From: an uncultured Planctomycetota bacterium | GTDB lineage: Bacteria > Planctomycetota > Planctomycetia > Isosphaerales > Isosphaeraceae | DNA length: 64,000 bases | Reading direction: 5' to 3' | Assembly: GCA_963845755.1 (NCBI GenBank) | Contig: CAWJTV010000043.1 | Coordinates: forward strand, 32,001 to 96,000 | Position numbers and translations under genes: made by a program | Shown here: piece after piece, positions 44,541-56,327 of the stretch | How positions within the stretch are numbered: position 1 is the stretch's first letter | How the letters are laid out: each line of letters opens with the position of its first letter | The notes under the pieces: generated by a model | Seen by the model: the letters and a program-made list of their open reading frames with translations, nothing else | Told to the model about the DNA's origin: nothing | The model's database searches: none

Positions 44541-46154
44541 ATGACTCTTTCCCGACCCTCGGGGCCGGCGGAGTTCCACGATGCCGCCAGCCCGACCCTG
44601 ACGCGCAGGCAGAAGCTCTGGCTGGTCGTCAAGGTGGTGGAGATCCGACTCCGGTTCGTCGCGTTGATGGCCGCAACAGGGTTCGTATTCGCTTACTGGG
44701 ACGAGATCTGGAGCCGATACGACAAGTGGACTCGGCCGACCGTCGAGCGAACGATCGCGGCATCCGGCATCGAGTTCTACTGTCCGATGCATCCCCACGT
44801 CGTTCAGGAGGAGCCGGGCAGTTGCCCGATCTGTGGGATGCCGCTCGCGAAGCGCCACAGAGGAGAGGCGCAGGCACTCCCCGCCGGCGTGCTCGCCCGC
44901 GTGCAACTGGCTCCGACACGGATTGCGCAGGCGGGGATTACGACGACCGCGGTGTCCTACGCCCCGCTCTCGCAGAGCGTGACGACCGTGGGATACGTCG
45001 CCTTCGACGAACGACAACTCGCGACGATCGTTTCCAAGGTCCCCGGCAAGACGCGCGTGGAGAAGCTGCACGCAAATTACACGGGTAAGGACGTCGTGGC
45101 GGGGGAGGCACTGGCCGAGCTTTATAGCCCCGAGCTGGACCAGGCGTTCCAGGAGTTGCTCACCGCCGCCCGGCGCACGGATGAGGACACCGGCCGGCTT
45201 CGCACGGCTGAGGCGCGATCGTTGTTCGGCGATCGGAAGGAGTTGGTACGACTCGCGTCCGAGAAGGTCCGCCGGTGGGGAATTACCCAGGCGCAGATCG
45301 ATGACCTCCTCAAGACCGGCAAGGCCGACGCCACGGTCCCGGTTCTCTCGCCGATCGGCGGTCATCTGGTCAAGAAGAACGTCGTCGAGGGGCAGGAGGT
45401 CCCGGAGAGCTTCCCCATGTTCGAGGTCGCCAGCCTGCACACGGTCTGGGTGCAGGCCCAGGTCTACGAGCACCAACTGGCACTGGTTCGCGAAGGACAG
45501 GAGGTTCGTGCGACCGTCGACGCGTTCCCCGGCCAGTCATTTCCGGGCAAGGTCGAGTTCGTCCAGCCGCACCTGGACCCCATAACGCGCACCGTCGAGG
45601 TCCGTTTCTCACTCGACAACCCCGGCCACAAGCTTCGGCCCGGCATGTTCGCGACCGTGACGCTCGAGGCGCCGGTATCCGACCTGCCCGCCTTCAAGAC
45701 CCGTCGAGCCGCGGCCCAGCCGTCGGACGGCCCGCTCCATTTATTGAACCTGACCGTCGAGAAGCAGCAGGACTGCCCGGTCACCAAGGCAAGGCTAGGC
45801 TCGATGGGGCAGCCGCTCGCGGTCGAGGTCGAGGGAGGCAAGGTCTGGACCTGTTGCAAGGCGTGTCCACCGAAGCTCAAGGCCGCACCCGCCAGGTACC
45901 TGGCCCGCCAGGCGCCTCCGCCTCGCGATGAGGTGCTCAGCGTTCCCGAAACCGCCGTCATCGACACCGGCACGCGGAAGATCGTCTACGTTGAGGTCGA
46001 GCCCGGCGTCTTCGAGGGCCGCCAGGTGGTGCTGGGGACCCGCGTCGGCGATCGCTTCCCCGTACTGGAAGGACTGGAACCCGGCGAGAAGATTGCCGCT
46101 GCCGGCGCATTCCTGGTGGACGCCGAAAGCCGGCTCAACCCGCCCGCTCGGTAA
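44541..46154 (+). CDS. cusB: CusB-type RND membrane fusion protein with heavy-metal-binding and YHS-like Cys domains
   Basis: YCPMHP..CPICGM, LYSPEL, LRPGMFA and CPVT...LGSMG...TCCKAC motifs. Confidence 0.9.
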   Translation: MTLSRPSGPAEFHDAASPTLTRRQKLWLVVKVVEIRLRFVALMAATGFVFAYWDEIWSRYDKWTRPTVERTIAASGIEFYCPMHPHVVQEEPGSCPICGMPLAKRHRGEAQALPAGVLARVQLAPTRIAQAGITTTAVSYAPLSQSVTTVGYVAFDERQLATIVSKVPGKTRVEKLHANYTGKDVVAGEALAELYSPELDQAFQELLTAARRTDEDTGRLRTAEARSLFGDRKELVRLASEKVRRWGITQAQIDDLLKTGKADATVPVLSPIGGHLVKKNVVEGQEVPESFPMFEVASLHTVWVQAQVYEHQLALVREGQEVRATVDAFPGQSFPGKVEFVQPHLDPITRTVEVRFSLDNPGHKLRPGMFATVTLEAPVSDLPAFKTRRAAAQPSDGPLHLLNLTVEKQQDCPVTKARLGSMGQPLAVEVEGGKVWTCCKACPPKLKAAPARYLARQAPPPRDEVLSVPETAVIDTGTRKIVYVEVEPGVFEGRQVVLGTRVGDRFPVLEGLEPGEKIAAAGAFLVDAESRLNPPAR

Positions 46155-46187
46155 CGGAACGATCGCAAACGATGAAAGGGCCCGACG

Positions 46188-46484
46188 TCAAGGCTGCACT
46201 GCCTGCTGAACGGCCGGCATCAGATCGATCAACTCCTCGATGCGAAGCATGCGGATGTCCCTGACCGATGCCGCAAACCACAAAAGGCTGCGTGCCAGAT
46301 CCATCGCCGCCAGGACGCATGTCACGGCGTTAATATTCGGCCCCCCGAAATAGACGCTCCCCTGCTGCCATGAGAAACCGTGACGCTGGAGAACTCTTCG
46401 GATTTCGTAATACGCGTTGTTGTAGGGATCACCATAGTTATTCTTCAGGGAGTCAATGTCCAAGTCGAAAGCGATGGCGTACAC
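46188..46484 (-). CDS. vapD: Virulence-associated protein D (VapD; Cas2-like endoribonuclease)
   Basis: YAIAFDLD, AY.EI, GF..QQGSVY and WF..SVRDIRMLRIEE..DL motifs; AAGGAGG upstream of GTG. Confidence 0.88.
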   Translation of the reverse strand: MYAIAFDLDIDSLKNNYGDPYNNAYYEIRRVLQRHGFSWQQGSVYFGGPNINAVTCVLAAMDLARSLLWFAASVRDIRMLRIEELIDLMPAVQQAVQP

Positions 46485-46669
46485 GCGTCCCTCCTTGGAA
46501 GTGATGGAATTGAACTCTTCGGGGCTCGGAAGAACACTCGGTCTTGGGAGTAGCTGGGCGCCATGCCAGTACCTCGGAGTGATGGTTTTCGAACGATTCG
46601 GACGATCGCCACCGGAGTCATTATCGTAACCGAAGGCCGTTTCGACGCCAATCTGGGAAGGCGATTTCC

Positions 46670-49600
46670 ATGATCGAGTCCGTCATCGAATGGTCGATCC
46701 GCAACCGCTTCCTCGTGATCCTGGCCTCTCTGCTGCTCGGGGTCGCGGGTGTGCACGCGATGCTCACAACGCCCGTCGACGCGATCCCGGACCTCTCAGA
46801 AAACCAGGTGATCGTCTTCGCTGACTGGATGGGCCGGAGCCCGCAGGAGATTGAGGATCAGGTGACCTATCCGCTCTCGTCGAAGCTCCAGGGGCTGGCG
46901 GGTGTGAAGGTGGTCCGGTCGTCGAGCGAATTCAACTTCTCGATGATCACAATCATCTTCGATGATCGCACCGACTATTACTTCGCCCGCCAGCGGGTCC
47001 TCGAACGGCTGGCCACGATCGCGCCGGAGATGCCGGCGGGCGTCGTCCCCTACATGGCTCCCGACGCCACGGCCGTCGGCCAGATTTTCTGGTACACCGT
47101 CGAAGGAGAAGGCAACGATCTCGGTGAGCTGCGTTCGATTCAGGACTGGTATGTGCGTTACCAGCTCACGAGTGTACCGGGTGTGGCGGAGGTCGCCTCC
47201 GTCGGCGGTGCGCCGAAGGAATACCAGATCGATCTCGACCCCAACAAGCTCCGGGCCTATGGCATCAGTTTGGGCCAGGTCGACGCGGCCGTCGCGCGGT
47301 CGAACTCGTCTGTCGGCGGTCGGGTTATCCACCAGGGGAAAGCCGAATTCCTGATCCGATCCATCGGCTGGATCGAGAAGCTCGACGACATCCGCGAGAC
47401 CGTGGTGAGCCGGGGTCGGAACGGCACGCCGATCCGAGTGGGAGACCTGGGCACCGTGCAGACCGGTCCGACGTTCCGCCGGAGCGTGCTCGAGAAGGAC
47501 GGCAGGGAGGTCGTCGGTGGCGTGGTCCTGATGCGATACGGTGAGAACCCGCTCGAGGTCACCCGGCGCATCAAGGAGAAGATCACTACGCTCCTGGCGG
47601 GGCTGCCCCCGGGCGTGCGGATCGTCCCGTTCTACGACCGCACGCCGCTGATCCACCGTGCAATCGAGACCGTCAGTGGGACGGTGAAGGAAGAGCTGCT
47701 CGTCTGCACGATCGCGATCCTGCTGGTCATGGGGCACATCGGCAACGCGTTCGTCGTCGCGGTAACGCTGCCGATGGCGATCCTCTTCAGCTTCATCATG
47801 ATGCGGCTATTCGGCCTGTCGTCGAACATCATGAGCCTGGCCGGGATCTCGATCTCGGTCGGCATCCTGATTGACCAGGCGGTCGTTATGGGTGAGAATG
47901 CCGCCCATCATCTCACGCGACGGTTCGGCCGAGAACCGATCCGGGGCGATACGACCGAAATCGTGATCGCGGCATGCCGCACGGTAGGCCGGCCGATCTT
48001 TTTCTCGGTACTGATCACGATCGTATCGTTCCTGCCGGTCTTCGCGCTTACCGGCCGCGAGGGGAAGATGTTCCACCCGCTGGCCTATACCAAGACGTTC
48101 GCCCTGGTCGGCGTGGCCCTGCTCTCGATCACTCTCGTTCCGGCCTTGATCCCGATCTTTCTGAAGGGTCGGATCAAGTCGGAAGACGAGAACTGGCTGG
48201 TCCGTACGATGATCGAGATCTTCCGGCCCATGCTCGCGTGGCTGATGGATCGGCCCCGTCTGGTCTGCTGGCTGTTCGCGGTCATTGTCGGGCTGGGCTA
48301 CGTCGCCTCGACGAAACTCGGCCGCGAGTTCATGCCCGACCTGGACGAGCAGAGCATCATGGACATGCCGACGACCGTGCCGCGGGCGTCGATCGCCCAG
48401 GTGACCGACGACCTGAAGGTCCGCGACCAGATCCTGCGCGGGTTTCCCGAGGTCTGGCAAGTCGTCGGCAAGGCAGGACGGGCCGAGACCCCGACCGACA
48501 CGGCGCCTCTGGACATGATCGAGACCGTGATCAACCTGAGAGACCGCTCGGTCTGGCCGAAGCGCAAACTGAAGTTCGAGGATGTCGTCCACCAGACGCG
48601 TGACGCGCTCAGAGCGCTCGAATCCAGGGGCCTACTGCACGCGATGGATTCGACCGAGCGGCGCGAGACCCTGATCAATGCAGCAGCCATGAACGTCGCC
48701 GTCGCCGTGGACGGAGTCCTCCGCGGCCTGGCCGTCCAGCGGTTGGCGGAGTATCGCACCGAGCTGGGGCGCACCCTGGTGGGCGAGGCCCTGAAGGCTC
48801 TGCTCGAGCGAATCGATCCCGGGACGATTCTCCATCAACCCACCGGCGCCGATCGGGAGGCGATCCTCGAACCGCTGACGAAGACTTACGGCGACCGCCT
48901 CGCCACCGAGGTCCTCGGCGACGATGTCAGCGCGCTGATCAACGATATGTCCCGACGATTAGTGTCGCTGGGCGTGCTCCGCGATCGGCCCGATCTGCTA
49001 GCCCCTCTGTCGTCTGGTCTGGAACGGGCCGTCGAGTCGGCCGGCGAAGCCCTCGGCTTTGGTCGTCCAACCCTCTTCACCCTGACCGCCGACCACCTGG
49101 CCGCCGAGCACGCGCGACGGCTGGAAGAGCGGATGACGTCGCTCAACTGGGAGCTCTTCGATCGTGCGGTGGGCACGACGACCTGGACGGCCCTGGAGGA
49201 GTTGACGAGGCTCCAGTCAGGCCCAGATGGGGAGGAAACCGTGGTCCTGGCGAGCGGTGTCGCCCCCGCTGCCACGAGGACCGGTGAGAAGGGTCTTCCT
49301 GAAGGCCACTCGCCAGCGGAGAAACAACGCAGGGCGATCCGCGCCGAACTGGAGAAACCGTTCGCCAAACGGCTCCTGCTCGGGAAGAAGACGAAGAACG
49401 ACCTGGTCGAGGAGATGAACACGGCATTGCAGATGCCCGGATGGGGCAACAGCTTCACCCAGCCAATCGCCGCTCGGATCGAAATGCTCTCGACCGGCGT
49501 GCGAATGCCGGTGGCCGTGAAGGTCTTCGGCTCGAAGCTCGACGAGATCCAGCGCGTGGTCCAGGAAATCGCCGGAGTACTGCGAGCCGTACGCGGGGCG

Positions 49601-50814
49601 ACCGATGTCTTCCCGGACCAGATCACCGGCAAGGGCTATGTCGAGATCCGCATCGATCGCGCCGCGCGGCACGATATGGGATCAACGTCGGCGATGTGCA
49701 AGACGTCGTCGAGACGGCGATGGGAGGGAGGCCCGTGACGCAAACCGTCGAAGGACGCGAGCGGTATCCGGTCCGAATCCGTTACGCCCGCGACTACCGA
49801 GACGACGTGGAAGCCCTGAAGAACATCCTCGTTTCGACCGGCCCGATCGGTCCGTCGCGTGGGATGGGTACCATGCCGACTGAAAGCGAACCGGGCAACA
49901 ACCGATCAAGCTCGGCCCCGGTCCCCCTCGCCGCGGTGGCCGACGTACGTGTCGTCGAGGGTCCGTCGATGATCAAGAGCGAGAATGGGATGCTTCGCGC
50001 TTATATCCAGCTCCGGGTTCGCGAGGAGCGCGACGAGGTCGGCTTCGTCAACGAGGCACGACGGGTGGTCGCGGAGAAGGTCAAGCTGCCGGCGGGGGTG
50101 TACCTGGAGTGGTCCGGCACCTTCGAGCACCAGGTCCGCGCCCAGCAGACGCTCCGCCTGGTCTTCCCGGCGGTGATCGCCACGATCCTGATCATCCTCT
50201 ACCTGACTCACAAGAGCTGGACCGACGCGCTGCTCATGATGACGAGCGTGCTCGGGGCGCTGGCCGGCGGGGCGATCTTCCAATGGCTCTTCGGCTTCAA
50301 GTTCAGCGTGGCGGTGCAGGTCGGCTACATCGCCTGCTTCGGCATGGCGGTGGAGACGGGCGTCGTGATGCTGGTCTACCTCCGCGAGGCGATTGAGGAG
50401 CGCGGGGGATTGGGCGCGATCGGCTCGGTGGCCGAGCTGCGTCAGGCCATCCTGGAGGGCGCGATACATCGCCTGCGGCCCAAGCTGCTGACCGAGGGCG
50501 CAGCCATCCTTTCGATCGCCCCGATGCTCTGGGCCAGCGGCGTTGGTTCCGAGGTGATCCGTCCCATGGCCGCTCCAGTGCTCGGCGGCCTCCTGATCGC
50601 CGACGAGGTGATCGACGTGTTCCTGCCAGTGCTGTATTTCGCCGTGCAGAAACGGCTGTGGCGCAAACGGCATGGAGTCAGTCTCCTCGACGAGCTGGCC
50701 GCGTCGCGCGAGCCAGATCGTCCCGTCGTATCATGTGGCGCACCAGTAGAAGTACCTCCGGGCGAGGTGGACCTCCTTGGCCGCAGTCCCGCCCGATCGG
50801 GTTCCGCCGACTGA
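46670..50814 (+). CDS. cusA: CusA-type heavy-metal RND permease (frameshift near 49665) with large internal insertion
   Basis: PVDAIPDLSENQVIV, NIMSLAG, EGKMFHPLA, WGNSFTQPI..RIEMLSTG and RLRPKLLT motifs. Confidence 0.92.
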
Positions 50815-51504
50815 TCCTCTTTCTTCACGTCCATCACAACTCGTGGCACCGGCCGTCGCCGAGGCCAAGGGGAGGGCGACCGCGATCTCGAGGTGGGTTA
50901 CCTGTTCGAGGTCGTTGTATCAGATTAACCGTGAGCCCCAGTGTCAGTCTGACCTGGACGTTTCTTCGTACGCGCACTCGTTGCCTCCCGCTTGGCGGGT
51001 GAGCATGTTCTGCTGATTGGCTTCTCCACAACTGCTGCCCGCCATTCGCGTCTGTTTGGTTTGTTAACTGTCGGTTCGACCGAACCGTCCGATCTGGGGC
51101 GAGCACCCTGGCTAATCTACCGGTACGAAAAATTTTTCGAAAAAATTATATCCCTGCAATATAAGGACTTAAGCCAATAATCCTGCCCGTTCTTGCCGGT
51201 ATGCGTTCTCGTTTTTTTAAAGTTGCGGCATCCTGTAAGTAAGAGGCCTTCGTACTCGCGTCCTGGGAGGTCGTCTGCAAGCGCCGTTCGCCGCGATTGA
51301 TGTGCCGCGTCGGTACCCGCACGCACGCGGTAATATTGGGTCCACCCAGCGATGGCCATCCGCCTAACACGACAGCTTGAACGGTTGCACGAAACCATGC
51401 GTGGAATCTTCGAGAATTCTTCAACCAGACCAATCGACATTGGGGGCAGCGCGAAATCGAACTTACGGACCCAAGGACCACGAGCAGCAAGATTCAGTAG
51501 TCGC

Positions 51505-51630
51505 AAAACGAAGCCAACCCCCCGCGCAGCCAGCCCCACAACCCCTAAAACGAAGCCAACTTTCCGCGCAGACCGCCCCAAATCTCTCAAAACGAAGCCA
51601 ATCCTCCGCACAGACCACCTAACTCTCAAA
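51505..51630. repeat. 42-bp-period tandem repeat with AAAACGAAGCCAA core
   Basis: Core starts at 51505, 51547 and 51589, with a degenerate copy near 51462. Inter-core parts share ccgc.cag.c. Confidence 0.85.
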
Positions 51631-52032
51631 TCCGCACAAATCGGTAATCTCAACTCAACAGGCTAAAGGGCACCGACCACTCCAGCCCGCAAATTCCTCT
51701 CAATCGGAAGAATTTCCAAGACGCGGCGCTTCGGGAACGGCCGACCCAGTTCTGAATCGGCCCCGCCCAGCGTCGCCAGGATCCCGGCGATCCGTCTCAG
51801 TCAAAATGTGGGTATGCTAGATTGCATGGTTTTGTCGAACGCGATCCGTGGTTGGAAATTCACCCGAAATCACCCGAAGCACAGAGACCGACGCGACCCG
51901 CCCAAGCGGGGATTGGCGGGGCTCTGAACTCTGGCTGACCGCCAGACACCGATTCGACTGAGAGGACGCGGTGGCTTGCCCGACCGATCACAGTCTGCTA
52001 ATATTGGTCTTCGATATCGGAGCTCGATACAG

Positions 52033-52407
52033 ATGAGCGCGTTGCTTACCAAGATGTTCTGGGGCGGCTTCGTGCGGATGCACGTGCTGTACCACGCCGT
52101 CAAAGGGCCCATCTTCGGCCTGGAGATGATGGCCGAGCTGCGCCGCCACGGCTACGAGATCGGCGCCGGGACGCTCTATCCGATGCTCCACCAGCTCGAG
52201 GCCGCCGGCTACCTGAATTCCTACACCGAGGTCGTGACGGGCAAGCAGCGGAAGTATTACCGGGCAACGCCGGAGGGCGCGGCCGCCCTGGAGTCCACCA
52301 AGACCAAGCTCGGCGAACTGGTCGCCGAGGTGCTTCACGATCAACCGGCCGGATCTTCGATCCCATCCGACGAGTGCACGGGAGTCCGGCAAGACGCAAA
52401 GTCCTGA
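52033..52407 (+). CDS. PadR family transcriptional regulator
   Basis: G..M..EL...GY.I..GTLYP.L..LE..GYL and RKYYR.T..G motifs; TATCG-N5-CGATA palindrome at 52015-52029 upstream. Confidence 0.9.
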   Translation: MSALLTKMFWGGFVRMHVLYHAVKGPIFGLEMMAELRRHGYEIGAGTLYPMLHQLEAAGYLNSYTEVVTGKQRKYYRATPEGAAALESTKTKLGELVAEVLHDQPAGSSIPSDECTGVRQDAKS

Positions 52408-52429
52408 GTGCGAAAAAGTGAGGAATGAC

Positions 52430-52973
52430 ATGATGATCCGAGGTCACATGATCTTGGCCGTTCTCGCCCTCCTCGCGGTGACGGCATCGAGCGGGTGCGA
52501 GAGCGCAGCTGCCCGCCGCACCGCCACAAGAGGACATGACTGCCAAGTTGAAAGCCCTCGAGGATCTGATCCCCTCGCAGTCGCACATGATGGCAGACGT
52601 CGGCGAACACTTCGCCAACCTGTGGTTTGCCGGAACGGCCGAGAACTGGGCACTCGCCGACTTCTACCTGGCGGAGTCCCGATCGCATCTCCGCTGGGCC
52701 GTACGCCGCATCCCGATCCGCAAGGATAACCGGGGCCGAGACGTCAACCTGGAGAACATCCTTCAGGCCTTCGAGAACAGCCAGCTCACCCAACTGAAGA
52801 AGACGATCGACGGCAAGGGCAAGGCCGCGTTCGAGGCGACCTATAAGGAAAGTTTGACCGTGTGCTACTCCTGCCACAAGGCCGCCGACAAGCCCTACCT
52901 CCGGCCGCGGGTCCCCACCGAGGCACCCGCGCGCATCATGAATTTCGATCCCAAGGCCGACTGGCCCTTCTGA
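52430..52973 (+). CDS. Monoheme cytochrome c lipoprotein (helical, C-terminal CxxCH; frameshift near 52520)
   Basis: Signal/lipobox TASSGC in one frame; SHMMADVG..F..LWFAG...NW.LA.FY and CYSCH in the next. Confidence 0.75.
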
Positions 52974-52991
52974 ATAAAGCGAACAAGCCCC

Positions 52992-55900
52992 ATGAACCCC
53001 ATCGTCTTTGCCATGCGGCGGCCGATGACCGTGATGGTGCTCGTGGTTGCCGTGGCGCTGGGCAGTGGCCTGGCCGTGACGCGGATGTCGATCGACATCT
53101 TCCCCAACCTGAACCTCCCCGTCGTCTACGTGTGCCAGCCCTACGGCGGCATGGACCCGGCGCAGATGGAGGGGCTGCTCACCAACTACTACGAATACCA
53201 TTTCTTGTACATTTCCGGCATCCACCACGTTGAGAGCCGCAACGTCCAGGGCATGGCGGTGATGAAGCTCTTCTTCCATCCCGGCACCAATATGGCGCAG
53301 GCCATGGCCGAGACGATCGGCTATGTGACTCGCTCGCGCGCCTTCATGCCCCCGGGCACGGTTTCGCCGTTCATCACGCGGTTCGACGCCGGCAGCGTGC
53401 CGGTGGGTTACCTGGTGCTCCGGAGCGAGACGAAATCGATCGGCGAGATCCAGGACCAGGCACTGTTCAAGGTGCGGCCGATGTTCGCGAGCCTGCCCGG
53501 CGTCTCCGCGCCGCCGCCGTTCGGTGGTAACCAGCGCACGGTGGTCGTGCGGGCCGACCCCGATCGACTCCGTTCGTATTCCATCTCGCCCGACGAGCTC
53601 ATCACGGCCCTGACCAACGGCAATACGATCAGTCCTTCGGGGAACGTCCGCATCGGCAAGCTGATGCCGATCGTCCCGATCAACTCGCTGGTCCGCGACG
53701 TCAAGGAGCTGGAGAGCATCCCGATTCGCATCGGGACCAATCCGTCGGTCTATATTCGCGATGTAGCCACGGTGCAGGACTCCAACGATATCCCCGCCGG
53801 CTATGCCCTCGTCAACGGCCGCCGTGCGGTCTACATCCTGGTCACCAAGCGGGCCGACGCATCGACAATCTCGGTGGTGAGCAACGTCAAAGCGGCGTTA
53901 CCCAAGATGCAAGCCGTTCTTCCCGACGATATCCGTGTCAGTTTCGAGTTCGACCAGTCCCCCACCGTGACCAATGCGGTACGCAGTCTCGCCACCGAAG
54001 GAGCCCTCGGCGCCGTCCTGACCGGGCTGATGGTTCTGATCTTCCTCCGCGATTGGCGGAGCGTGATTGTCGTCGTCCTCAATATCCCGTTCGCCATCTG
54101 CGGTGCGCTGGTTGCCCTCTGGCTCACAGGCCAGACGATCAACTTGATGACCCTCGGAGGACTGGCGCTGGCCATAGGCATCCTGGTCGACGAGGCGACG
54201 GTCGAGATAGAGAACATCCACCATCAGATGGAAGGGACCCGGTCGATCGCCTCGGCCGTTCGACTCGGGAACCAGGACACGGCGGTCCCCCGGCTGCTGG
54301 CGATGCTCTGCATCCTCGCGGTCTTCTTGCCGTCGTTCTTCATGCAAGGTGCGGCGCAGGCGCTGTTTGTCCCACTCTCGCTGGCCGTCGGGTTCGCCAT
54401 GGTTTCCTCGTACCTGCTGTCGAGTACCTTCGTCCCCGTGCTTTCGAGCTGGCTACTCCGTGGTCGTCAACGGCGCAGTGATTCGTCTCGGCGGACGCTG
54501 TTTGAGCGCCACGATCCACGCCTACAGCCGGGCTCTCTCACGAATCGTCGCCTGGCGGTGGTTCGTCGTGCCGGCCTATCTGATCGTGGTCGCGATGGCC
54601 ATCGTCGGCGTGGGCCGGGACCTGGGTCTCGAGATCTTTCCGAAGGTAGACGCCGGGCGCTTCCAGCTCCGGATGCGCGCGCCTACCGGGACGCGGATTG
54701 AGGAGACCGAGAAGCTCGCCCTCCAGACACTCGAGACGATCCGGAACGAGGTGGGGGCAGACCACGTGGAGATCTCCGTAGGATACGTCGGGCTCATCCC
54801 CTCGAGCTACCCGATCAACGCGATTTTCCAGTGGACGGGTGGCCCTGAGGAAGTCGTGCTCCGGGTGGCCCTGAAACGAGAAAGGACTGTTGCGCTGGAG
54901 GGACTCAAGGAGCGTCTACGAACCGTCCTTGCCCGGACGATGCCCGAGGTTCGGTTTTCCTTCGAGCCGGCCGATATCGTCAGCGAGGTCATGAGTTTCG
55001 GCTCGCCAACCCCCGTGGAATTCACGGTGAACGGGCCCAATCTTGCGGACAACCGGGCCTACGCGGAGCGAGTTCGAGCGGAGCTGGCGAAGGTCGCCTC
55101 ACTGCGCGACCTGCAATTCGCCCAGACCCTGGATTATCCCACGGTCAGCGTACAGGTCAACCGCGAGAAGGCCGGGCTGAGCGGCGTCTCGGTTGCCGAG
55201 ATCGCCCGTTCCCTGGTCGCCGCGACGTCGTCCAGTCGCTTCGTCGTCCCCAATTACTGGCCCGATGCCAAGACCGGCATCGGCTACCAGGTGCAGGTTG
55301 AGATCCCGTACCAGGTCATGGACTCCATCATCGGAGTCGAGACGATCCCGATCGCACACCCAGGCGGCGAGCCCCTCCTGCTCCGCGACGTCGCTAGGGT
55401 CAGCCCGGGAATCATGCCCGGTGAGTACGACCGCTACAACATGAAGCGCGTGGTGAGCCTCACCGCGAACATCGCGAGCGAGGACCTGGGACAGGTCGCC
55501 GGCCACGTGGATCGAGCTATCACCATGGCCGGCGAACCGCCAAAGGGAGCGACCGTCGAGGTTCGCGGCCAGATCGCCCCGATGAAGGAGATCCTCCGCG
55601 GCCTCGCGATTGGCCTGGCGATGACCATCATCGTCATCATGCTGCTCCTGACGGCCAACTTCCAGTCGGTCCGGCTGGCGCTCGTGGTCCTGTCGACCAC
55701 CCCCGCGGTGGTAGCGGGCGTCGTATCTGCGCTGTGGCTGACCGGGACGACGATTAACCTCCAGTCGTTCATGGGGGCGATCATGGCGATCGGCGTCGCG
55801 GTCGCCAACGCGATCCTCCTGATCACGTTTGCCGAGCGCCATCGCCGCACCCAAGGCTACACGTCTGACCGCGCGGCGGTCGCCGGTGCCCGGGGACGGC

Positions 55901-56256
55901 TCCGGCCGATCCTGATGACCAGTTGCGCCATGATCGCCGGGATGAGCCCGATGGCACTGGGATTGAGCGAGGGCAGCGAGCAGACCGCGCCACTGGCTCG
56001 AGCCGTCATCGGCGGTCTCGCCGCTGCGACCCTGGCGACCCTGTTCGTGCTCCCCACCGTCTTCGCGATTATCCAGGATGGCGCGGGACGGCAATCCGCA
56101 TCGATCGACCCGGCCGATCCCGATAGCGCACATTACGAACCCGAACTCTGGGGCGAACGCTCCTCGGCCGTCGTCTCCTCCAATGCCGAATCGACGAACC
56201 AAGGACTTTCTATGTTCCATCAATCCCCGGAATCGCAGATGACCACAAGAACCTGA
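52992..56256 (+). CDS. AcrB-family RND permease (frameshift near 54510)
   Basis: [41 protein letters not shown] and RLRPILMT motifs. Confidence 0.92.
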
Positions 56257-56327
56257 AGTTGATTGCAAGTCACGCATCGCTTCCGAGTGTCGCTCGAGTC
56301 GCGGCACCCTTCCCGTGGAGTCCCACC

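Noticed and set aside
51462..51630. Possible mini-CRISPR array (with the Cas2-like vapD 5 kb away)
   Set aside because: The repeat is only 13 bp, the spacers resemble each other, and there is no cas1 or effector gene.
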